Shown piece by piece: positions 49,195-58,123 of a DNA stretch of 58,123 nt. Numbering within the stretch: the first letter of the stretch is position 1; each line of letters opens with the position of its first letter. The notes beneath the pieces are model-generated. The model was not told where the DNA came from. It made no database searches and saw nothing but the letters and a program-made list of their open reading frames with translations. The position numbers and the translations under genes are program-made. Source of the stretch: Christensenellales bacterium (GTDB lineage: Bacteria > Bacillota > Clostridia > Christensenellales > CAG-917); assembly GCA_051883555.1 (NCBI GenBank), contig JBJETY010000028.1, positions 1 through 58,123 on the forward strand, read 5' to 3'.

Positions 49195-49241
49195 AAAACC
49201 CCCTTATCATTTTAGTTTTACAGAATAAAAGTAAATTGCTA

Positions 49242-49421
49242 TTACGCTTTGTACATTCTCTTTCTTGCAGCTTCTGCTTTCTTCTTGCGTTTGATAGACG
49301 GCTTTTCGTAAGCCTCTCTTTTTCTCAAATCGCCGATGATACCGTCTCTTGCACACTTTCTTTTGAAACGACGAATAGCGCTTTCTAAAGATTCGTTTTC
49401 TCCGACTTTGACTGTTGACAT
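49242..49421 (-). CDS. rpsU: 30S ribosomal protein S21
   Basis: [23 protein letters not shown]; AAGGAGGTG RBS before ATG 49421. Confidence 0.97.
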   Translation of the reverse strand: MSTVKVGENESLESAIRRFKRKCARDGIIGDLRKREAYEKPSIKRKKKAEAARKRMYKA

Positions 49422-49519
49422 TGTATTCACCTCCTTTGAGAAAAAACTTAAAGCACGTCGCTACTCGCAACGCACAATGACAATTTTACACTTTGACAAA
49501 ATAATTGTCAACTATTTTT

Positions 49520-49861
49520 CTATGCCATCTTATCAGCCAATTGCTGACCGCCAAGAATATGAACATGCAAATGTTCCACGCTTTGACAAGCGTCTTTTCC
49601 TTTGTTAGAAACAAGTCTGAATCCGTTTGAAAGTCCCAGTTCGTCGACCATCGAAGACAATTTCTTTATGCATTTTGCAAGAGTTGCCGCTTGCTTTTCC
49701 GTCATTTCGATAATGTTGGCATAATGCTCTTTAGGCAATAACAAATAATGTATTTGTGCTTGAGGCGCGATATCTTTTATAATCAACATATCTTCGTCTT
49801 CGTAGATTTTCGTTGAAGGAATTTCACCTTTGATGATTTTGCAAAATAAACAGTTTTCCAT
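49520..49861 (-). CDS. HIT-family nucleotide hydrolase (Hint-like)
   Basis: CLFCKII, DIAPQA, QSVEHLHVHILGG. Confidence 0.93.
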   Translation of the reverse strand: MENCLFCKIIKGEIPSTKIYEDEDMLIIKDIAPQAQIHYLLLPKEHYANIIEMTEKQAATLAKCIKKLSSMVDELGLSNGFRLVSNKGKDACQSVEHLHVHILGGQQLADKMA

Positions 49862-50345
49862 AACGTCTCCTTTTTGCTTTCGGCGTTTAGCTTGCGTCAA
49901 TAAGCATATATTTTTCGTTTATTCGTTTATTATTTTTTTAAATATTTTTAAAATATTCTTAAACTTCTTCGCTCTATTTTAACACTTAAATAACAGCTAT
50001 TTTACGTAAGTTTTGCAATTATTTATACAATGATTTACGTTTTATAAAATGCCGACAAATTTAAAAACTGTATAAAAGATAAATTGAATTTATATAATTT
50101 GAATTTAATTTCTATGCGTTTTACGTAAGTTTTGTCGCCACAATTTATCCTGAATCATTATATCAAAAAATTTCATATTTGCAATTCAACGTTTTATTTT
50201 TTTTTAATTCACTTTCAGAATTCACTTTCAGATTCGTCGTCGGATTAGCTCAGCGACTCGTCGGAATTCAGTTTATCTAACGTTAAATTTAGCAAATAAG
50301 CGTAATTTAAATTTAATATATTCTTTAATCCGTATTTATGAATAT

Positions 50346-51578
50346 TTACTTTAAACCGTCTTTATACAATTCTTTAGGAACTACGGTTTTTAATTCCCCT
50401 GCCTTGCCGTCTCCGTATACCGTAATATAATTGCCGCTATGTCCGCACATACTACCGTTGGCACGATTTTCAAAAAGCGCTTCAAGCGGTCTGCCGATAA
50501 AGGCAGAATTATATTCGTTTTTCAAATTCTGCTTGAGCGAACTCATACGTCTCTGTCTGTCAAGCAAAATATCCCCTGAAAGCGGTTTTAACTTAAAAGC
50601 CACCGTCTTATCCCTTGGGGAATAGGTAAACACGTGAATATCTGCAAAAGCGATTTCTTTGGCAAACTCATAAGATTCGATAAAATCTTCTTCCGTTTCG
50701 GTCGGATATCCTACTATTATATCGGTAGTTATGGCGGCGTCGGGGAAATACTTTCTGATGAGCTTTACCGCGTTTTTATATTCAGTCGTCGTATAATGAC
50801 GATTCATAGCTTTTAAAGTCGCGTCGGAACCGCTTTGCAAAGATAAATGAAAGTGTTCGCAAAATCTTTTTAAATTTTTCAAAGCAAGCAAAAACTCTTC
50901 GGTGACAACGTTGACTTCCAAAGAGCCGAGCCTTATTCTCACGTCGTAATCGCGTACGGCGTTAATCAAATCGGTCAGACTCAAACCGACGTCGAGTCCG
51001 TATGCGGATAAATTTATTCCGGTCAATACGATTTCTTTCGTAGACCTTACGGCTTCGTTCATTTCTTCAAGTACATTTTCAAGACTTCTGCTACGACTCC
51101 TGCCTCTGACGTACGGAACAAGACAATAATTACAGAAATTGTTGCAACCGTCCTGGACTTTAAGATAATGCCTGGTCCTAAGGCTCAACGCCGTGCCCGT
51201 TTCCTCAAACACGGTTGCGGTTGACAAACAAGTGCAATCCGATGATTCAATCTTTTCAAAATCAATCAGCGCAAGTTTATTAGCCGTACCCGAAACGTAA
51301 ACTACGTTATTCTTGCTTTTAAATTGTTCTGCGTCGTTTTGCGAAGCACAGCCGCATACGAAGATTTTGCAATCGGGATTCAACGCCGTTGCTCTTGCTA
51401 CTGCTTGTCTGGACTTTCTCTCCGCTTCGTTAGTTACGGCGCATGTATTAATTATGTATACGTCGGCATATTCAAGTTGCTCGACAACGTCGTATCCTTT
51501 TTGTTTAAGACCTTTTACTATTGCGTCGCTATCGTATTGATTAACTTTGCACCCTAAGGTAAAAACGCATATTTTCAT
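50346..51578 (-). CDS. mtaB: tRNA t6A37 methylthiotransferase MtaB
   Basis: TLGCKVNQYDS, INTCAVT, QDGCNNFCNYC radical-SAM motif, HLSLQSGS, TDIIVG. Confidence 0.93.
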   Translation of the reverse strand: MKICVFTLGCKVNQYDSDAIVKGLKQKGYDVVEQLEYADVYIINTCAVTNEAERKSRQAVARATALNPDCKIFVCGCASQNDAEQFKSKNNVVYVSGTANKLALIDFEKIESSDCTCLSTATVFEETGTALSLRTRHYLKVQDGCNNFCNYCLVPYVRGRSRSRSLENVLEEMNEAVRSTKEIVLTGINLSAYGLDVGLSLTDLINAVRDYDVRIRLGSLEVNVVTEEFLLALKNLKRFCEHFHLSLQSGSDATLKAMNRHYTTTEYKNAVKLIRKYFPDAAITTDIIVGYPTETEEDFIESYEFAKEIAFADIHVFTYSPRDKTVAFKLKPLSGDILLDRQRRMSSLKQNLKNEYNSAFIGRPLEALFENRANGSMCGHSGNYITVYGDGKAGELKTVVPKELYKDGLK

Positions 51579-52294
51579 AAATTCATCTCCCCCATTTTGT
51601 ACAAAATCAACGACGAAGCGACAATCGAAGCCGTTTCGGCACGTAATATTCTTTTGCCGAGAGAAAGGATATTTGCACCGTTAGACTTCGCTTTCTTTAC
51701 TTCTTCGGCAGTAAAACCGCCTTCACTGCCTACGACAATAGCAATTTTACCTTTCGGTATTTCAAAATCAGCAATCGATTTTACGTCCTCGTCTTCATAG
51801 AAAAAGCAAACCACGTCAAAATCTTTAAACGCGGAAATCATCTCTTCGAAATCAACGGTTTCGTTCACAACGGACAGAAACGCCGAACCGCATTGTTTCG
51901 CCGCTTCGAATGAAATTCTGTTTCCCCTTTCAGCATTAAATTTCTTTTCAACCGTATTGTGCGATATAAACGGAGTTACGTATTTAATCCCGAGTTCAAC
52001 GCATTTTTGAATGACTAAATCGAGTTTTCCGCCTTTTAAAACGGACGCAAAAAGCGTAATATCTAAAAGCGGTTCGCTTATCTTTAAACTCTCGTCGATT
52101 TCCGCAACGGCATAATCGTCTGCAATTTCTTTTATCGTGCAATAATGTTCGTATCCGTCGTTAAAACAAACGATAATTTTATAGCCCGTTTTCATTCGCA
52201 AGACTTTTTTTAAATGCAAAAATTCGTCACCCGTTACGGTCACGAATTTCCCATTTCTGAATTCAGGTTGAACAAAAAAGCGTCTTATTTCCAT
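51575..52294 (-). CDS. rsmE: 16S rRNA m3U1498 methyltransferase RsmE
   Basis: HLKKVLRMK, QKCVELG, EAAKQCG, VGSEGGF, LGKRILRAETA. Confidence 0.95.
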   Translation of the reverse strand: MEIRRFFVQPEFRNGKFVTVTGDEFLHLKKVLRMKTGYKIIVCFNDGYEHYCTIKEIADDYAVAEIDESLKISEPLLDITLFASVLKGGKLDLVIQKCVELGIKYVTPFISHNTVEKKFNAERGNRISFEAAKQCGSAFLSVVNETVDFEEMISAFKDFDVVCFFYEDEDVKSIADFEIPKGKIAIVVGSEGGFTAEEVKKAKSNGANILSLGKRILRAETASIVASSLILYKMGEMNL

Positions 52295-53187
52295 GAAAGT
52301 CGGAATGCCCTCCAATCGCCTTCTTCTCTTCTGTCGTCCACGGTAAAACCGAGCGAAAGAAACTGATTTAAAACTTCATTTTCTCTGGAATCGATTATAC
52401 CCGATACGATAAGTTTTGCTCCGTCCGACAAATGTTCGGTTATCTTATCTGAAAGTCGTAAAAGTATATCCGCCGTCAAATTTGCGTAAACGACGTCGCC
52501 AATCTTATCCGTTTTATTCAACAAATCGGCTTGTTCGATAACAACCGCCGAATCGTTGAGTTCGGCGTTCTTTCGTGCCGCTTCAACGCATTGTTCGTCA
52601 AGGTCGCACATATAAACGCTTTCCGCCCCTAAAATATCGGCGGCTATACCAAGTATACCGCTTCCACACCCTACGTCAAGTACTTTTTTACCGTCAAGCG
52701 AAGGCGTAAGGTCCAAACACATCCTTGTAGTTGCATGTTCGCCCGTCCCGAAAGCCATTCCCGGTTCCAATTTTATGATTTTTTCGTTTGCGTCCGCTTC
52801 ATAATCAATCCAACAAGGAACTATCGTTATGGTTGCCGTTTTAATTGGTTTATAGTTCTTTCGCCATTCGGTCGTCCAATCGAGATTTTCAAGTTTTCTC
52901 GTCTCGATTTTAACGGAAACGTTCGGCAAAAGCAATTTTAAAGTATCGTTAAACGCCGAAATAAATTTCTCCGAATTTTCAACGACGGTTGTAATAACTG
53001 CCAGATTTTCCGGCTCATTCAAAACGGCGTCGTCAACGTAATCCCAATTCGAAGTGCTTTTCATAACTTCGTTTACGTCTTCTTTATCTATAACGCTTAC
53101 GCCTTGTGCGCCTACGCTAAACAAAATGGCAGAAATCGTATCTGCCAAATCGTGCGTGGTTTCAATTTTAATTTCAAATTCTTCCAT
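52285..53187 (-). CDS. prmA: Ribosomal protein L11 methyltransferase PrmA
   Basis: EPGMAFGTGEHATTRMCL, LDVGCGSGIL, ANLTA, VSGII. Confidence 0.95.
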   Translation of the reverse strand: MEEFEIKIETTHDLADTISAILFSVGAQGVSVIDKEDVNEVMKSTSNWDYVDDAVLNEPENLAVITTVVENSEKFISAFNDTLKLLLPNVSVKIETRKLENLDWTTEWRKNYKPIKTATITIVPCWIDYEADANEKIIKLEPGMAFGTGEHATTRMCLDLTPSLDGKKVLDVGCGSGILGIAADILGAESVYMCDLDEQCVEAARKNAELNDSAVVIEQADLLNKTDKIGDVVYANLTADILLRLSDKITEHLSDGAKLIVSGIIDSRENEVLNQFLSLGFTVDDRREEGDWRAFRLSWK

Positions 53188-54317
53188 TAAAGCTTATCCT
53201 TATATTCTTTCTGCATAGGGAATTGTTTATTTTCAAACGTAGACTGAAGTTTTTTAAATTCGTCCTTTTGAGTCTTTGTAAGACTCTTAGGAACTTCAAC
53301 CGTCACTGTAACGACCAAATCGCCGTTCGTTGTCTTTTTAAGCTGTTTAATTCCCTGACCGCGAATTTTAAATACTGTGCCCGACTGCGTGCCGGCAGGA
53401 ATATCCAAAGTCGTTGGCGTGGTTAACGTCGGTACGGATATCGTACAACCGAGTGCGGCGTCAATCATAGATATCGGGATATTTACGTGCAAATCATAAT
53501 CGCGTCTTACAAACAGTTTATGCGTCTTAACGGAAATCTGGGCAATGAGCGAACCGTTTTCGCCGCCGTTCATACCTTGATTACCTTCGCCTGCATAATT
53601 AATTCTTTGTCCGTTATCTATACCCGCAGGAATATTGATTGTAATTTCCTTTGAAACTTCCTTTCTCGCCTTTCCGCCGCAAGTCGGACAAACTTCGGAA
53701 ACTATTCTACCCTTGCCGCCGCAATCCGGACAGGTAACCACCTGTTGAATTACGCCGAAAGGAGTACGCTGAGTCTGATTAATCTGTCCCGATCCGTGAC
53801 AGCGGTCACAAGTTTTAAAGGACGAACCGTTTTTAGCTCCCGTACCTTTACAATCCGGACAGTTTTCAATACGCTTTACGGTAATTTTTTTCTTACAGCC
53901 GAAAGCCGCTTCTTCAAACGTTAGGTTTACGTTTATAAGTATATCCTGTCCTCTTCTCGGCGCGTTAGGATTTCTCGTTCTACCGCCTCCCATGCCTCCG
54001 AAGCCTGAGAAAATACTTGAAAATATATCGTCAAATCCGCCTGAAAATCCACCGAAACCTGACGAGCCGCCAAATGCGGACGCATTTTCATCGCCGTATC
54101 TGTCATAAATTTCTTTCTTCTGAGGGTCGGACAAAACTTCGTAAGCGTGGTTTATTTCCTTAAATTGAGCTTCTGCCTTTTTCTTTTCTTCATCGGACGC
54201 CGTAGAATATAAATCCGGATGGTACTTTTTCGCCATCTTTCTGTAAGCCTGTTTTATCTCATCGGCAGACGCGTTTCTTTCAACGCCCAATAATTTGTAA
54301 TAGTCCTTTTCGCTCAT
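53187..54317 (-). CDS. dnaJ: Molecular chaperone DnaJ
   Basis: J domain with HPD, G/F-rich region, four CxxCxGxG repeats. Confidence 0.98.
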   Translation of the reverse strand: MSEKDYYKLLGVERNASADEIKQAYRKMAKKYHPDLYSTASDEEKKKAEAQFKEINHAYEVLSDPQKKEIYDRYGDENASAFGGSSGFGGFSGGFDDIFSSIFSGFGGMGGGRTRNPNAPRRGQDILINVNLTFEEAAFGCKKKITVKRIENCPDCKGTGAKNGSSFKTCDRCHGSGQINQTQRTPFGVIQQVVTCPDCGGKGRIVSEVCPTCGGKARKEVSKEITINIPAGIDNGQRINYAGEGNQGMNGGENGSLIAQISVKTHKLFVRRDYDLHVNIPISMIDAALGCTISVPTLTTPTTLDIPAGTQSGTVFKIRGQGIKQLKKTTNGDLVVTVTVEVPKSLTKTQKDEFKKLQSTFENKQFPMQKEYKDKL

Positions 54318-54330
54318 AAGCTACCTCTTG

Positions 54331-54358
54331 ACTAAACCCACTATACAGTGGGTTTAGT
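54331..54358. terminator. Intra-operon hairpin between dnaK and dnaJ
   Basis: ACTAAACCCACT-ATAC-AGTGGGTTTAGT just upstream of the dnaJ RBS. Confidence 0.7.
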
Positions 54359-54381
54359 ATGTTTGTTGTATTGTAGGTCGA

Positions 54382-56259
<1,878 letters not shown>

Positions 56260-56267
56260 TTAAAGGC

Positions 56268-56891
56268 TTAGCCGGCAACTTTTACCATTGCATATCTCAA
56301 TACCGTATCGCCTTTTAAATATCCTTTTTGTAAAACGTCAAGCACCTTACCGCTCATCTCGGCGTTTTCTTCTCTTAATACCGCCGACATTTTGTTAGGG
56401 TCGAATGCGTCGCCCGCTTTAATTTCAATAACGCTCACGCTGAATTTAGCAAGAAGCGTTGCAATCTGTTGCTCAATCAGTTCAAAACCTTTAAGGCTGC
56501 TCTCTTCCTTTATCATTTCTTTTGCTCTGTCGATATTGTCGACAACTTCAAGAAGTTTTTCAAGTACGGAAGCTTCGCCCAAAGCTCGCATTTCGCTGCT
56601 TAAAGACTCGTTTCGCTTTTTATAGTTTTCAAAATCCGCTCTGAGCCTTTGCGCCGTATTTTTATTCTCTTCAGCAAGAGCGATGTTTTTTCCGAGTTCC
56701 GTTTCAAGATATCCGACGTACTCTTCGGTCGTCATTTCTTCTTTTACAACGCCGTCGGAAGGTTTTTCAGATTCGGTTTCGGCATCTTTATTCGCTGCTT
56801 CTTCCGATTCTTTAACCATCTTTTCAACTTTTTCTTTCAGATTTTTTTCGTCTTCTTTTTCTTCTGAGATTTCTTTTTCTTGTTTAGCCAT
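56268..56891 (-). CDS. grpE: Nucleotide exchange factor GrpE
   Basis: RLRADFENYKKR, FDPN, QKGY, LRYAMVKV. Confidence 0.96.
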   Translation of the reverse strand: MAKQEKEISEEKEDEKNLKEKVEKMVKESEEAANKDAETESEKPSDGVVKEEMTTEEYVGYLETELGKNIALAEENKNTAQRLRADFENYKKRNESLSSEMRALGEASVLEKLLEVVDNIDRAKEMIKEESSLKGFELIEQQIATLLAKFSVSVIEIKAGDAFDPNKMSAVLREENAEMSGKVLDVLQKGYLKGDTVLRYAMVKVAG

Positions 56892-57932
56892 TTATTCCTC
56901 CGTTTTGCCCCCGTCGAATACGTTTTCAAGCGATTTTTTAATTCCGTCGAGAACAGATAAAACTTTTTTATAATCCATACGTTCAGGCCCTATAACGCCT
57001 GCCTGCCCGATTACTTGCCCGTTTATTTTATATTCAGCCGTTACGATCGCGCATTTGTCAATTCCGCCGTTTTCGTCGCTTCCGATTTTTAAAGACAACT
57101 CTATATTGTCATCGGGAGTAGAAACAAGTTTTTCAAGGCTTTCGCTATCTCCGACAAGTTGCAAAAAGTTTTTAACGTCGCTCGGGCTGTCTGAATAGTC
57201 CAATACTCTCAACGCTCCCTCGACGTGTACCGACTTTCTTTTCTCGAGACTATAATTTTTTAATATGTCTATTATCTCGTCGAAAACCTGTCTGTATCCT
57301 TTAAGATTTTCGTCAATCGTCGCAAGGAAGGCGTCCGTATCCAGTTTTGAAACTTTCTTCCCTTTAAACACGCTGTTCAGAAGTTCGGATGCCGTTTCAA
57401 GCCCGGCATGCATTACTTCTTCGGGAAGTTCAATCGACTTATCGGCAATAATTCCGCAACTCGTTACGATTAACACCAAAGCAATGCCGTTGCTGAGTCC
57501 TACAAGTTTTATTTCTTCGATTTCTACGTCTTCGAAATTGTTAGTAACGAAAATCGATGTATAATTTGTAGAATCGGTTATGATTTTGGCCGCCTCTGCC
57601 GACAGTTTTTCTATATCGGAAACTTGTTTAGAAAATCTTCTTGTCATTTCGCTGAGATCGGACTCGCTAAACTCCCTGTTCATGAATGCCTTTTCGCAGT
57701 ACAACTTATACGCTTCAGCCAGCGGCACTCTGCCTGCCGACGTATGCGGTTTATCGATATATCCCAAAGCTTCCAAAGCGTTAAGCTCGCTTCTTATCGT
57801 CGCAGAGCTGACTTCAGGAAGATATTTCGATTGAATATCGTTGCTCGAAACAGGCGCTGCCGATTTGATATAGTCGTCAACCAATGCTGTAAGTATTTTT
57901 TCTTTTCTTTCAGATAATTCCTTTTTTGGCAT
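56892..57932 (-). CDS. hrcA: Heat-inducible transcription repressor HrcA
   Basis: VSSATIRSEL, PHTSAGRVP, GVIGPERMDY; GGAG RBS before ATG 57932. Confidence 0.96.
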   Translation of the reverse strand: MPKKELSERKEKILTALVDDYIKSAAPVSSNDIQSKYLPEVSSATIRSELNALEALGYIDKPHTSAGRVPLAEAYKLYCEKAFMNREFSESDLSEMTRRFSKQVSDIEKLSAEAAKIITDSTNYTSIFVTNNFEDVEIEEIKLVGLSNGIALVLIVTSCGIIADKSIELPEEVMHAGLETASELLNSVFKGKKVSKLDTDAFLATIDENLKGYRQVFDEIIDILKNYSLEKRKSVHVEGALRVLDYSDSPSDVKNFLQLVGDSESLEKLVSTPDDNIELSLKIGSDENGGIDKCAIVTAEYKINGQVIGQAGVIGPERMDYKKVLSVLDGIKKSLENVFDGGKTEE

Positions 57933-57955
57933 TTGGCACTCCGAATTTACTTTTG

Positions 57956-57982
57956 TTAGCACTCTAACCCTTTGTCTGCTAA
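57956..57982. promoter_or_regulatory. CIRCE operator
   Basis: TTAGCACTC-N9-GTCTGCTAA (9/9 and 7/9) just downstream of the -10. Confidence 0.88.
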
Positions 57983-57983
57983 C

Positions 57984-58012
57984 AATATATTACTATTATT
58001 GCTGAATGTCAA
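57984..58012 (-). promoter_or_regulatory. SigA-type promoter of the hrcA-dnaK operon
   Basis: TTGACA, 17 bp, TATATT on the minus strand. Confidence 0.85.
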
Positions 58013-58084
58013 CTGTTTTATGCAACTTTTTTAAAATTTTTTATATAAATTTTTCTACAATTTTTTACAAAATTCCCATAACGC

Positions 58085-58117
58085 AAAAAAAAACGGCGTA
58101 GCCTTTGCTACGTCGTT
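58085..58117 (-). terminator. Terminator of the upstream (off-window) gene
   Basis: Minus strand AACGACGTAGC-AAAG-GCTACGCCGTT followed by T run. Confidence 0.7.
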
Positions 58118-58123
58118 AAAACT

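Noticed and set aside
50240-50256. tRNA-like fragment CGGATTAGCTCAG
   Set aside because: No anticodon arm, T-loop or acceptor partner; too short to call a tRNA or att remnant

Overview
58 kb of chromosome from a low-GC, endospore-forming Clostridia-class (Bacillota) bacterium. The spore-forming call rests on gpr, a ylbJ-like gene and a Cys-rich coat-like gene with a SigK-type promoter. Most of the window is housekeeping: mraZ-rsmH, tig-clpP-clpX-lon, engB, rqcH, pta-ackA-rpmF-plsX-rnc, tmcAL, a type-2 ileS, rpsT/gpr, and hrcA-grpE-dnaK-dnaJ-prmA-rsmE-mtaB-HIT-rpsU with a CIRCE operator. It also holds a large Bacillus-type SRP RNA and a tRNA-Ala(CGC). I see no integrase, transposase or CRISPR array. 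The most interesting observations are: (1) a ~520-aa E/K/R/A helical protein ending in a ribosomal uL15-like domain; (2) a protein joining an RNA-polymerase alpha-CTD-like domain, with its DNA-contact residues altered, to WG repeats; (3) an orphan lambda-like switch beside the SRP RNA, with a leaderless XRE repressor, three operators exactly 30 bp apart and a divergent DUF4234-like membrane gene; (4) an SRP RNA whose helix-8 loop is UGAC rather than GNRA; (5) several apparently leaderless genes; (6) AT-rich spacers built from unrelated local tandem duplications at most operon boundaries; (7) a 7alpha-HSDH-like SDR and an LCAT-like lipoprotein flanking the tRNA. All family assignments come from motifs recognised by eye; no database search was run. 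Several starts were moved from the ORF track to the ATG supported by an RBS or promoter.
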